From a virus (taxonomy: Duplodnaviria; Caudoviricetes), in IMG/VR virus record IMGVR_UViG_3300012920_000042, positions 1-59,817 of that record: 59,817 bases of DNA. The stretch is one strand, 5' to 3'. Below are positions 18,540 through 28,083 of this stretch, piece by piece. The position numbers and the translations under genes are program-made. The notes beneath the pieces are model-generated. The model did no database searches. It had not been told where the DNA came from and was given only the letters and a program-made list of their open reading frames with translations. Every line of letters begins with the position of its first letter. Position 1 is the first letter of the stretch.

Positions 18540-19036
18540 TACTTGCCTTCCATAATTTGTGCAAATGCTCTTGCTTTAAGAGTCTCATCTGCTTTATCCA
18601 ACATGTTCAAAGTGTTCAACTTCTCCATTTTGTATGTTCTCCAAAACCTCGGATCATGTGAGGCAATGTCCATACTGTTATGAATTAAGTCTGCAACTTT
18701 AATTGTTTGTGCTTCTGCAGGACCTTTAGCATTGTGCTCTGCATCTAATTGCTTTCTGTGAGCCCTGTTACCATCTTCTGGCTTGCTGACATCAGTTAAA
18801 AAGTGTACCAACTCTCCAACCTTTGTGCCAAACTCTTCGACAATTTCTTCAAGGGTAACAGGTGTATCTTCAACAACATCATGCAGGACAGCCGCCACTA
18901 ACATCTCTTCGGTATGCGGAACTGACTTAACAATTTCTGCAACTGCCAAAGGATGCGAAATGTACGGAGTGCCATGGTACTTTCGTACCTGGCTTCCGTG
19001 TGCCTTAGTGGCAAATGTAACTGCTCTGTCTAACAC
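18539..19036 (-). CDS. Stand-alone RelA/SpoT-type HD hydrolase (Mesh1/SAH-like)
   Basis: H..QVRK..PYISHP..VA, AVLHDVVEDT, IKVADLIHN. Confidence 0.85.
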   Translation of the reverse strand: MLDRAVTFATKAHGSQVRKYHGTPYISHPLAVAEIVKSVPHTEEMLVAAVLHDVVEDTPVTLEEIVEEFGTKVGELVHFLTDVSKPEDGNRAHRKQLDAEHNAKGPAEAQTIKVADLIHNSMDIASHDPRFWRTYKMEKLNTLNMLDKADETLKARAFAQIMEGK

Positions 19037-19468
19037 TTATGCTGACTCCTGCTTAATTTTTGCAAGACGCTCGTCTCTGTAATCCAGAGCACCTTCGCCT
19101 AAGTAGATGTTACCATCTGTGTGTCTGAACAAAGTGTCCAGTGATGCTGATTGATCCTTCTGCTTTTGCAGTAAAGAAAATTCTGCTTGTTCAAAAGTGA
19201 TAGCACCAATTTGAACAAAGTCCAACAGCATGTCTGCAAAAGGAACTTCACCGTTTGATTTCCAAACTGTAAGTCCATCAACCTGAGCAGTATCTTCGAA
19301 TTTCATCTCAATACTCTTATTCCAAATGTTACCATTTGGATCTGCTCTAAGTTCACTTGTGAAAAGAACATCGCCTGTAAACGTCTTGTTCTCGTCATGA
19401 ATACTAGCCATTCCAAAACGTTGCTTACGAACTGTTTCTCCTGCTATTTTTACTTCATTTGCTAACAT
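19037..19468 (-). CDS. Hypothetical early protein
   Basis: Strong SD (AGGTAGGAG); first gene after a consensus promoter. Confidence 0.7.
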   Translation of the reverse strand: MLANEVKIAGETVRKQRFGMASIHDENKTFTGDVLFTSELRADPNGNIWNKSIEMKFEDTAQVDGLTVWKSNGEVPFADMLLDFVQIGAITFEQAEFSLLQKQKDQSASLDTLFRHTDGNIYLGEGALDYRDERLAKIKQESA

Positions 19469-19501
19469 AAAAACTCCTACCTTTTTATTTAATATGCTAT
19501 T

Positions 19502-19529
19502 ATTATAGCAAATTCTGGCAGTTTGTCAA
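19502..19529 (-). promoter_or_regulatory. sigma70-type promoter with extended -10
   Basis: TTGACA-16nt-TATAAT preceded by TGn. Confidence 0.75.
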
Positions 19530-19558
19530 CCATTTTAGTGGGGTGTAACCGCTTGTTT

Positions 19559-20317
19559 TTAGTAGGTTTTTGTATTTGTTTTAGTAGATTTTGGCTCAGA
19601 AACGAGCATTTGAGCCCATTTTATCATCAGATAATACGTTCCATCCAGCATACCAAACCTAGCATTACCTGGCTTCCAATGGTGATTTGCATGGTATAAT
19701 TCGCCCATCCACGGTATAGCAAGTAGCCAATTGTTGCGTGGTTTGAGCTCGTTTGTATGCCCTACAAGATTAAGTCCTACTTGATATAGGTAAGACATAG
19801 CAATAAGTGATACCATTACTTGCCAACTTAATAGATATGATAAAATGATATTAAGTACGATTGCTATTTCCCAATAGTATTTAGATTGCTTTGCATATAA
19901 TCTGTCTCTCAACATCCAACGTGGTATGTGTCGCAAAGGTGGTACTTTATTAAACACACAAAAATTATCCCATATACTATGAATGTGACCATGAGGATCT
20001 CCCTCTTTATCCGTGTGCTTGTGGTGAGATAAGTGTATTGCCGCCCAACCCATTGCAGGTTGATTTAGTAAAGCAGTTGTACTTCCTAATAGAAATACTT
20101 CAAGCCATCTTGGCATACGCCAACTTCTATGAGAACAGTATCTGTGTAGGAAACCTGATGTGGTAAAGCCTGTGAATATTGTTCCACCTACAAATAGTGC
20201 TAACCATTCTGCAAGTGTAAAATGGAAAAATGTTAGGTATGCAAATGTGGCACTACACAACATGAAGATTGTTGTGTGTATAGGTCCGTTGTTTTTTCCA
20301 AAAAGTTTAAAAAGCAT
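19559..20317 (-). CDS. Membrane fatty acid desaturase (delta-9-like)
   Basis: His boxes HRYCSH, HLSHH, GELYHANHH; DPH motif; TM segments. Confidence 0.88.
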   Translation of the reverse strand: MLFKLFGKNNGPIHTTIFMLCSATFAYLTFFHFTLAEWLALFVGGTIFTGFTTSGFLHRYCSHRSWRMPRWLEVFLLGSTTALLNQPAMGWAAIHLSHHKHTDKEGDPHGHIHSIWDNFCVFNKVPPLRHIPRWMLRDRLYAKQSKYYWEIAIVLNIILSYLLSWQVMVSLIAMSYLYQVGLNLVGHTNELKPRNNWLLAIPWMGELYHANHHWKPGNARFGMLDGTYYLMIKWAQMLVSEPKSTKTNTKTY

Positions 20318-20320
20318 CTA

Positions 20321-20500
20321 TTAGTCCAATTTAATGAATTCAATAATGCCTTCCCTCCCTTTCTTCCATTTCAAGTAACCTTTTTCCATTAGTGTATCAA
20401 TTGTTGCTTCAGAACCGTTTCTGACTCCGCTTTTGAATCCCCAATGTAGTCCTAGTAATGTACCAATAACATATGGTATAAAAAATAAAACTGGGTCCAT
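20321..20500 (-). CDS. Small membrane protein, 59 aa (not in ORF track)
   Basis: MDPVLFFIPYVIGTLLGLHWGFKSG...; GAGG SD; fills the operon gap. Confidence 0.65.
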   Translation of the reverse strand: MDPVLFFIPYVIGTLLGLHWGFKSGVRNGSEATIDTLMEKGYLKWKKGREGIIEFIKLD

Positions 20501-20528
20501 ATTTTTACCTCTGTGAAGTTAAAAGCAT

Positions 20529-20557
20529 ATTGTAACAGTATTTATGCATTTTGTCAA
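20529..20557 (-). promoter_or_regulatory. sigma70-type promoter with ATAAATA in the spacer
   Basis: TTGACA-17nt-TACAAT; ATAAATA at 20539-20545. Confidence 0.65.
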
Positions 20558-20886
20558 TCTCGAAATAAATTACTTCGGCTGTAAGTAATGTTTTTAATTT
20601 TTTTCCACCATCTAGCAAATGTTTGTTGCCAAGTTTCACCCGAGTCATACTTTTCTTTGAGGCGAAGGTAATCTTTATCCCAAGACGGCAAAGTAATAAC
20701 ATCACCTTCTTTGCCTTTTGTGCCTTCGTATTCACTATCTTTGTGGAATGTTATTTGCTTGCCACCATGATAATAATGTACAATCATCATGCCATCACGT
20801 GCTTCTAAGGCAGAAACTCCTTCATAGTATTCTATTTCAGCAAAATCTTGTGCAATTTTGTTTATCTTATCCGTATATTGACTCAT
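20554..20886 (-). CDS. Hypothetical protein
   Basis: ATGA overlap with the upstream exonuclease. Confidence 0.65.
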   Translation of the reverse strand: MSQYTDKINKIAQDFAEIEYYEGVSALEARDGMMIVHYYHGGKQITFHKDSEYEGTKGKEGDVITLPSWDKDYLRLKEKYDSGETWQQTFARWWKKIKNITYSRSNLFRD

Positions 20887-21419
20887 TGAGTAACGTTAAA
20901 GTGCTTGTATGACTGCTGTACGCATACTGCTTGGTAGTATGCATCTTCATCAGCACTATGTAAATTTTGCTGTATTGCTTTACGTGGATCTACAGGCATA
21001 ATATTAAATAATGTTCTGCAATCCATTATTTGCCAAAAAGCCCACCCTTTATGATGTTTGAATTGTGTAAACAAGTTTTCAAGTATAACCATATCAAACT
21101 GTGGTCCTTGACACCATATCTTATCACAACCTACTAAGTATTTGTTTAGTTCTCCCATAAAACTATTTAGTTCTATACGGCCTTCATCACTAAATGCTTC
21201 TGCTTGTATATGCTCTGGTTGTTTTGCCCACCATTGTAAAGTATCTTCTAATACACTACGTTCATTATCCATTTGTACACTTGCATCAGGACGCCATAAT
21301 TTTTTAGCATGAGGTTCGTGTAATGTCCACGGATCAAACTTTACTGCACCTACAGACAGTACAACACAATCTGGCTCTGTGCCTAGTGTTTCTATATCAA
21401 TCATTGCATGTGTGGCCAT
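20883..21419 (-). CDS. DEDDh 3'-5' exonuclease (RNase AS / Exo VIII-like)
   Basis: AMIDIETLG, WCQGPQFD, DCRT, HSADEDA. Confidence 0.85.
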   Translation of the reverse strand: MATHAMIDIETLGTEPDCVVLSVGAVKFDPWTLHEPHAKKLWRPDASVQMDNERSVLEDTLQWWAKQPEHIQAEAFSDEGRIELNSFMGELNKYLVGCDKIWCQGPQFDMVILENLFTQFKHHKGWAFWQIMDCRTLFNIMPVDPRKAIQQNLHSADEDAYYQAVCVQQSYKHFNVTQ

Positions 21420-21440
21420 ACGAATACTCCTTAATTAAGT

Positions 21441-21468
21441 ATTATAGCAGAATGCGTATAAAAGTCAA
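21441..21468 (-). promoter_or_regulatory. sigma70-type promoter
   Basis: TTGACT-16nt-TATAAT with TGn extension. Confidence 0.65.
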
Positions 21469-21471
21469 GTG

Positions 21472-22137
21472 TTATTTTTGTATAATTTTAGGTGGTACTT
21501 GCTGTTTTAATATTTGTCTTGATAGTGTTTTAGCAAATTTTTTGTGTGATTCTATGCCTGCATGTCCATCATCTGTGCGGTCAGTAGGAGTAAATCTTAA
21601 TACTTGTAGGTCATTCCAATGTGTTCTCTTTATGTTTTGCCATGGAATCATTGCGTGTACAACAATGCTTATACCTATATGCTTTAGGTACAAATCAATA
21701 TGAGACATGTATAATTGTGTACTAATCTCTGCATCTTCTTCTGTGTGTATGTGCTTATAGTATGCTTTTGAATCCTCAGTATCTTTCCAAGTACCTATTG
21801 CTGTTTGATGTTCTGTCCAAAACTTTCCTGTGATACGATCAGCAATTAACCATTTTTCTGTGGTATAAGGATCTTGTTGTGGCGTGTTAATTACACATGT
21901 TCTTGATGGATGTGACCACATAATAACTACAGCATCAGCAGGACTAAGTTTTGTTTGTAGTATGATATTCCAGATCTCTTTGTTACTTGCTCCTGGCGAG
22001 CCATAGTTTAGTGCAGAAGTTTTAAATTTTTCTGCTAGTAACTGAGGATAAGCATATAAACTAGGAGGACCGTGTTCTTGATAATCCGGCATGCCTACAC
22101 CGTAAGTAAAACTATCACCAAAACATAATATCCTCAT
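21472..22137 (-). CDS. SGNH/GDSL hydrolase-like protein
   Basis: FGDSFTYG, NYGSPGASN, DDGHAG. Confidence 0.8.
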   Translation of the reverse strand: MRILCFGDSFTYGVGMPDYQEHGPPSLYAYPQLLAEKFKTSALNYGSPGASNKEIWNIILQTKLSPADAVVIMWSHPSRTCVINTPQQDPYTTEKWLIADRITGKFWTEHQTAIGTWKDTEDSKAYYKHIHTEEDAEISTQLYMSHIDLYLKHIGISIVVHAMIPWQNIKRTHWNDLQVLRFTPTDRTDDGHAGIESHKKFAKTLSRQILKQQVPPKIIQK

Positions 22138-22146
22138 TGGAGGTCC

Positions 22147-23031
22147 TTACAACTCTATAATTTCATCGTCTGGTATTTCTGGCTCTTCTGCTTGTAATTG
22201 TCCTGCGCCTTTTACATCTTTAGGCCATACCATTTTCTCAAATGGATCTTGCTCACCTGCTTGTACTCTGTCCCACCAATGTGAATGTTGTCCTATTCTA
22301 TCAAGGAACCAAGCAATTTTATATGCACTACGCACTCTGGCTTGTTGAGCATCTGGGTGCGAAAAGTCTGCAGGGTCATCTGGATTACCTTCCATGTACT
22401 TTCTGTTTTGGAAAGTTTCATCATTGTTGTTGCCTGTTAAGTCTGCTCTGTCGTGTAAAAATTGAATATCTATTCTTTCAAAAATATCTAGCATGTATGC
22501 AATATGACTTAGCCAAGCATCGTTTTGTGCATTCAAACTTAAATGGTCCATAAGTCTAAACCAATCCATAGGAAGTATAGGCAGTATTGCATAAGGGTGT
22601 CCATTGTGATTATCTTTTGGTGCAAATAATTTGAACTGACCATTTTTACTTTCAATGACATCGTCCCAACCTTCTGTTTCCATTAGTGCATCATCGTTCC
22701 AAAAGAATATCCAAGAACCAGTTGCCGAAGAGGCTAATGTGTTTACATAGATGTTTAGTTTTTCATATCCCAATGGCTCAAAGATATTTGCTCTACATTC
22801 TACGTTGTTTTCTCTCATCATAGGAGCAATATGTTCTTCTATGTAAGGTCTTACTTCTTCATCATCGTCATCAAGTCCTAAAAGTATTTCAAGTCTACTT
22901 GGATCACTTGCTGTAGTAATTAAACTCTCTATACTTTTCTTTAGTACTTCTGTTCTACCTCTTGTTGGTAATAAAATAGATATAATTGTTTTGTCTATTT
23001 TACTTTCTATTGTTTTTACTTCTTCTGACAT
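22147..23031 (-). CDS. Glycosyltransferase family 2
   Basis: ISILLPTRGR, LDDDD, FFWNDD. Confidence 0.8.
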   Translation of the reverse strand: MSEEVKTIESKIDKTIISILLPTRGRTEVLKKSIESLITTASDPSRLEILLGLDDDDEEVRPYIEEHIAPMMRENNVECRANIFEPLGYEKLNIYVNTLASSATGSWIFFWNDDALMETEGWDDVIESKNGQFKLFAPKDNHNGHPYAILPILPMDWFRLMDHLSLNAQNDAWLSHIAYMLDIFERIDIQFLHDRADLTGNNNDETFQNRKYMEGNPDDPADFSHPDAQQARVRSAYKIAWFLDRIGQHSHWWDRVQAGEQDPFEKMVWPKDVKGAGQLQAEEPEIPDDEIIEL

Positions 23032-23927
23032 TAGTATGCTTCTCCAGTTAATAGTTTTCTAATGTTGCCTCTGAAGGTATAATGTCCAACATGGTTAAGT
23101 GCTGTACGAGGATCTAACCAAACTTCGCCACCCATTTCTTGCCAACGCCTACAGAATGTGTAATCCTCTGACAAGTAACGTCTGCTTTCTGGGTCAATCA
23201 TTGTGTCAAACAATGCGTACATGTGTTTCTCAAATTTTTGGTCAACATTAATATCATTAGCATACTTTAAGTCTTGATGTGCATCAAACATTTGCTGTAT
23301 AGTTTCTTTTTTGATACACATAAAACCTGTGCCAGCATCTTTTAGTTTAATTAAATTATCTGCAATCTGTACCTGTGGTGTTCTATTGCCTTCCTCATCT
23401 TTTAAGAAGTCAAAGTTTACAACATAGTTTGAACTATGTCCTTCAATTGTATGTGCTGTTTCTTCTGGATTTGCTCTAGCGGCATTAATAATGCTATCCC
23501 AATTTACTGCCTTTTTAGGATATGCACCAACTGTAATAGGCTTATCATATGCAACCATTCGTAGTAAATCTTCTGGTTCAAACTCAATGTCAGCATCAAT
23601 AAAGAACAAGTGTGTTGCATCTGGATTTTCCATAAAGAAACTTACAAGTGTATTTCTGCCTCTTGTAATTAAACTTTCATTTGCTAGTGTGCTAATAGTA
23701 TAAGGAATATCATACTTGTTACACATGATTGCAGTTCTCATCATGCTTCTAAAATAAGGCTCGCCTAGTTGTCCACCATAACAAGGTGTTGCAATAAAGA
23801 TATGTTTCTTTCTAAGTAATCCAACAGGAATCTCAATCTTTTGATCAAGTAACCTATGCATTATTTCATCTGATGCTTGTTGAGGTTTTTTATTTGTTTG
23901 AGATTTTGCTTTATTTTTCTTTGCCAT
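23031..23927 (-). CDS. GT-A fold glycosyltransferase
   Basis: IATPCYGG, ESLITRGRN, FFIDADI, GTGFM, LSEDYTFC. Confidence 0.8.
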   Translation of the reverse strand: MAKKNKAKSQTNKKPQQASDEIMHRLLDQKIEIPVGLLRKKHIFIATPCYGGQLGEPYFRSMMRTAIMCNKYDIPYTISTLANESLITRGRNTLVSFFMENPDATHLFFIDADIEFEPEDLLRMVAYDKPITVGAYPKKAVNWDSIINAARANPEETAHTIEGHSSNYVVNFDFLKDEEGNRTPQVQIADNLIKLKDAGTGFMCIKKETIQQMFDAHQDLKYANDINVDQKFEKHMYALFDTMIDPESRRYLSEDYTFCRRWQEMGGEVWLDPRTALNHVGHYTFRGNIRKLLTGEAY

Positions 23928-24004
23928 TGTGTCCTACTATAAAGTATGTGTTAAATGTATTTAATGATCTGCATGTATATTTTGCGGTGATTTTGGTAAC
24001 AACA

Positions 24005-24080
24005 TGGTGGAGGTGACAGGGGTCGAACCTGCGACCTTCTGGATGCAAACCAGACGCTCTCCCAACTGAGCTACACCCCC
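24005..24080 (-). tRNA. tRNA-Ala(TGC)
   Basis: Cloverleaf, G3:U70, anticodon arm TCTGG-TTTGCAT-CCAGA, CCA. Confidence 0.95.
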
Positions 24081-24088
24081 ACGGACAA

Positions 24089-24164
24089 TGGAGCTCTGAG
24101 TCAGGTTCGAACTGACGACCTATGGTTTACAAAACCATTGCTCTACCAACTGAGCTATCAGAGC
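24089..24164 (-). tRNA. tRNA-Thr(TGT)
   Basis: Anticodon arm ATGGT-TTTGTAA-ACCAT, GTTCGAACC, CCA. Confidence 0.95.
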
Positions 24165-24225
24165 CTTTTATTGTTCATTAGTATTTACAATGGAGGGTTT
24201 TGATGCGTGTAATATTTTGGTATGA

Positions 24226-24393
24226 TTACCTTTCGCCGAATGGCTTTTTGGATACAAACTGATTTAGTTTTTCTGCTTCTTCTAGTACTTGTTCAGTTGT
24301 AGGCATATCCTCAGGGTTTTTTGCTTTTGCCTGAAGTATCTCTTTTGCTTCTTTTACTAAGTCCAACCTAATTTCATAAGGTGTCTTTGACAT
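24226..24393 (-). CDS. Small phage protein, 55 aa (not in ORF track)
   Basis: MSKTPYEIRLDLVKEAKEIL...PTTEQVLEEAEKLNQFVSK; AAGGA SD, late box upstream. Confidence 0.75.
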   Translation of the reverse strand: MSKTPYEIRLDLVKEAKEILQAKAKNPEDMPTTEQVLEEAEKLNQFVSKKPFGER

Positions 24394-24539
24394 GTTTTTT
24401 AAATCCTTTATAATAAATGATAAACAATTATTCTATACCAATATTTATCGTGTTGTGCCATTTAGGTTAAGCATAGTGTTAAGTTTTGATAAATATTCGC
24501 AACTACAATAATAATTTTGTAGTGTAACCAAGAAGGAAC

Positions 24540-24746
24540 ATGCCAACAAAATTTAAACCAAGCCAAACAACGTTTGTAAAAGGACAAGGTAAAGTTACCA
24601 ATCACTTTTACATCAAAAACACACCTAAAGAAGAATTAATAGATTATATCAACAAAGGCCAAAAGAAAAAGATAAAACAGAAGTGCAGGAATGAACTACA
24701 CAGACGTGGTATCAATTTAGTTTGGAAAACACCCGAAAATGATTGA
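24540..24746 (+). CDS. Small basic hypothetical protein
   Basis: AAGGA SD; GATAAATA upstream. Confidence 0.7.
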   Translation: MPTKFKPSQTTFVKGQGKVTNHFYIKNTPKEELIDYINKGQKKKIKQKCRNELHRRGINLVWKTPEND

Positions 24747-24915
24747 TGGAGTAATACTTCTAGCCATAGTGATACCAGGTTTAATTGCTATCTGTCAGAT
24801 GATGTTTAATGTTATAAACAATGAAGGTGGCACAAAAGGTATTACTAAACCTTACAAAACAAAAAGCGGAAAGATGCATACTGCTCGTAAGGACAGAGAA
24901 AACTTTATAGTTTAG
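24739..24915 (+). CDS. Small membrane protein, 58 aa (not in ORF track)
   Basis: MIDGVILLAIVIPGLIAICQMMF...; overlaps the upstream stop. Confidence 0.6.
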   Translation: MIDGVILLAIVIPGLIAICQMMFNVINNEGGTKGITKPYKTKSGKMHTARKDRENFIV

Positions 24916-25298
24916 TTCCAATACATATCATACAAATCATACTCTAAGTTATATGCCTCAAACTCTCTTTTAGGGCATGTTACTTCCTCTTTTCTAATAT
25001 GTTGTTTTGCATGTACTAGTTCGTGTGCAAGTGTTACAATAACTTCTTTGTAATCATATGGAGTGTAGTGTTGATTAGGTATTTGAAATCCTTTTGCTAC
25101 TTCTATAACAATGTGTTCATCGTCACCATAGCAACCACCTGCAGAATTATCCTCTAATGATTTAGATATCCTAACTTCTATATCAATTTCTCTTTTTAAT
25201 CTACCTTTAAAAAAATGTTCTAAGCAGTCATGGCAAAATTGTTCTACTTTTCTTTTGTTTCTAATTTGCCCTGAAAGATAGATGTGTATCATTACCAA
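24912..25298 (-). CDS. Putative zincin metallopeptidase
   Basis: TLAHELVHAKQ..EFEA. Confidence 0.75.
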   Translation of the reverse strand: MVMIHIYLSGQIRNKRKVEQFCHDCLEHFFKGRLKREIDIEVRISKSLEDNSAGGCYGDDEHIVIEVAKGFQIPNQHYTPYDYKEVIVTLAHELVHAKQHIRKEEVTCPKREFEAYNLEYDLYDMYWN

Positions 25299-26389
25299 TC
25301 AAAGTTATAAGTATTGCATACTTTTGGTTGACATTCTTGTACACTATTTAGAAGTGCTGTTTCTATTTCTTCATCATCACCGTGAAAAGTTAAGTTGTCT
25401 ACTTTTCTTGATTCTGCTCTTCTATCATAAGGATTGAATAGTTTAGGATTATACCAAGCAGTTTCTTTGGCAATATTCAATAAAGGTATTCTATACCTCT
25501 CATCAAATTCATCAAAGTTTCCTGTATGTGATGCAAGATGAAACTTTAAGTTTTCAAAGCCTGTACGTTTTGCAATAGGAAACAAATATTCAAAATCTTC
25601 AAAAGACTTATAGTAATTTTCTTTGTACCTGTGAGGGTTACGTTTTTGCCCACTTGATACTTGTAAACATTCTCCAAAAGACTCTATTGCATATTTGTTC
25701 TGATAATAACCTGCATACAATATTTCAGGTGTAAGCAAAAATGGATCTTTTATAATGTGCAATCCATGTTGTTGCTCTAAGTTAATAAATGGTGCATTGT
25801 AAATAAAATAAAATGCTGATGTAGAAAATCCTAATGCAACTTTCCTGTCGCCGTCAAAATAAAGTTTACGTTCTAAATAAACTGCACTTTGGTCTTGACT
25901 TACATAAACATATGGTGCCTCACCACCTAGCAAAAGTATTCTATCATTGAATTTAGAATTTTTAATTGCCGCTAATTGTAAAGATATTTGAGGACTGAGT
26001 GTGGCATATTTTCTTGTGTACTCTACTAGATTATTTTCAAAATGATCTCTTGCATCAATGTCCTCATAGTGTAATTCTAAATCTATCTTATCAGCAAACT
26101 GTTGTGCTGTAACTACATCGTCTGTGTTTAGAACTACTCCGTCCCATATAAATCTAAAGCAAACAGCATTCACATCTTTGCAAAATCTTTTTGCCAAGTT
26201 TGCTGAAAACTGGCTGTCAAGTCCTCCGCTCAAACATACAGTGACTCCTTCGAGACTGCCTAACTGTTCTTCAAATAAATCCATTAGGTTAGGTTGGCTA
26301 GGTTTAGTTAAGTAAACATCAGTAGAGCCCGACTCAAAGTCTAGTTCTATTGTTTTTGTGTTGCCGATTGATACAGTTGTATTTTCCAT
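25292..26389 (-). CDS. PP-loop ATP pyrophosphatase / asparagine-synthase-like protein
   Basis: VCLSGGLDSQ, LLGGE, KRTGFE. Confidence 0.6.
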   Translation of the reverse strand: MENTTVSIGNTKTIELDFESGSTDVYLTKPSQPNLMDLFEEQLGSLEGVTVCLSGGLDSQFSANLAKRFCKDVNAVCFRFIWDGVVLNTDDVVTAQQFADKIDLELHYEDIDARDHFENNLVEYTRKYATLSPQISLQLAAIKNSKFNDRILLLGGEAPYVYVSQDQSAVYLERKLYFDGDRKVALGFSTSAFYFIYNAPFINLEQQHGLHIIKDPFLLTPEILYAGYYQNKYAIESFGECLQVSSGQKRNPHRYKENYYKSFEDFEYLFPIAKRTGFENLKFHLASHTGNFDEFDERYRIPLLNIAKETAWYNPKLFNPYDRRAESRKVDNLTFHGDDEEIETALLNSVQECQPKVCNTYNFDW

Positions 26390-26469
26390 TAAAGGTTTAA
26401 TTCCTTGACGTTTATGATAAATACTTAGTATAAATTAGTTTCAACAAAGAACTTTATTGGAGATAAAAC

Positions 26470-28029
26470 ATGGCAAGATACTTAGTTAGCATGAATAGTG
26501 CCGATGATACGGCGGCTCAGAGTGCGATTACTACAGCAGGTGCCACCGTTGTTCAAACGTTAGGATTTAACTTAACATATGAAATTGAAGCAACCGAGGC
26601 ACAAAAAGATGCTATAGTTGGTGTAACTGCCAGCCAAGATGCATCGGAATCAGTAACAGTTTCTGTACAAGCGGGAGCCACATTTGCAAAGACTCACTTA
26701 GATAGATGTATTCACTCTTCAGGTGAAAGACCTTGGAATCCAGCAAGAACTGGTGGTGGTAAGTTTGTATACCTAATAGACACAGGTATCAACTCTGCTC
26801 ACGCAGAATTTGACGGAAGACAAATTCAAAACTTATGGACAAACTTCGGAGACGATGATGCAGTAAGTGACTATGGTGATGAAGCAGGACACGGAACAGC
26901 AGTTGCGTCTATGATCATTGGTAAGAATATTGGTTCAGCACCAGATTGTATTTTGCAGAACGTAAAACTGTTTAACAGTAATGGTGGTTCTGTAACAATA
27001 GGTGAAATAATTAATTCTTTAAGTGCTGTACTTGTACACCACAAGGCTAATACACAATCAAATGTAAAATCAGTTTGTCTGCCATGGACAATACCTACTA
27101 ATACATTTGTTGATGCTAAAATTTTAGAAATGAATGCCGCAAACTTAGTTGTTGTAGCGGCGGCGGGTAACGACGGTGTCAATGTTAATACTAAATCTCC
27201 AGCAGGTGTTGACCAAATTGTTACAGTAGGTTCATTTAATTCAGACGAACAAGTAACATCATTTACTAACGCACCATACAGTTCAAGTAATAGTTTTATT
27301 AACTACGGTGCAGAACTTGATATTTTTGCATACGGTGTGAACATTGATGTTGCAGATTATTCAAACGTATCAAACTATGTTGCAAGTACAGGAACAAGTT
27401 TATCAGCAGGACTAGTTGCAGGTATTACTACACATTATGTAGAAAGAGATACATCAGCAACTTCAAGTGAGATTAAAGAAGAAATGCTAATGTCAGGTCA
27501 CGCCACAGGTATTTTCAACTTAACTTTTGATAACTCAGATCCAAATGTAGATTATACAGGTGTTTATAAGTCGGCTATCACAACTAAAAATGTTGACTCA
27601 AGAGTATTAACAACTGTACCATCAGGTAGAATTGCAAACGTTAAATATGGCGATGCGGCTAGTACAGTTGACTTAGGACTTAATTCTAATGCTACAAACA
27701 AGAAAGTATTAGACTTTGCTCCATTACCACCTTGGGTATCAATTGATTTAGATACAGGTATTGTAACTATTGATACAACTGATTCATCTAAGTGCCCGGC
27801 AGATAGAGCACCAGGTATTTACTTGTTTGCTATCAGAGGTAGTGTTGCAGGAACAGGTACTGATACTACAGCGGCAACAATGGTAGAAGAGTTTGCTATA
27901 GGACTTTATGCAAGTAATGTAAGCGAATTAGACATTGATCAAAACCCTAAAACATTCTATTACGATACAGATGACACAACGTACGACGAAGTTGTAAACT
28001 ACGAGAGTGCTTGTTTGTTTAAACCGTAA
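26470..28029 (+). CDS. Subtilisin-like S8 serine protease with propeptide and Ig-like C-terminal domain
   Basis: LIDTG, GHGTAVA, AAAGN, GTSLSA catalytic motifs; LPPWVSIDLDTG. Confidence 0.9.
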   Translation: MARYLVSMNSADDTAAQSAITTAGATVVQTLGFNLTYEIEATEAQKDAIVGVTASQDASESVTVSVQAGATFAKTHLDRCIHSSGERPWNPARTGGGKFVYLIDTGINSAHAEFDGRQIQNLWTNFGDDDAVSDYGDEAGHGTAVASMIIGKNIGSAPDCILQNVKLFNSNGGSVTIGEIINSLSAVLVHHKANTQSNVKSVCLPWTIPTNTFVDAKILEMNAANLVVVAAAGNDGVNVNTKSPAGVDQIVTVGSFNSDEQVTSFTNAPYSSSNSFINYGAELDIFAYGVNIDVADYSNVSNYVASTGTSLSAGLVAGITTHYVERDTSATSSEIKEEMLMSGHATGIFNLTFDNSDPNVDYTGVYKSAITTKNVDSRVLTTVPSGRIANVKYGDAASTVDLGLNSNATNKKVLDFAPLPPWVSIDLDTGIVTIDTTDSSKCPADRAPGIYLFAIRGSVAGTGTDTTAATMVEEFAIGLYASNVSELDIDQNPKTFYYDTDDTTYDEVVNYESACLFKP

Positions 28030-28045
28030 ACAGTTTTAAATATAT

Positions 28046-28083
28046 AAAAACCGTGCTAAATAAAAAGACAGCACGGTTTTTTT
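28046..28083 (+). terminator. Intrinsic terminator-like hairpin with a late promoter box at the loop
   Basis: AAAAACCGTGCT-loop-AGCACGGTTTTTTT; TAAATA at 28057-28062. Confidence 0.65.

Noticed and set aside
25292-26389. QueC, as a partner of queD, because of SGGLDS
   Set aside because: Too long and lacks the C-terminal Zn-binding cysteine cluster of QueC
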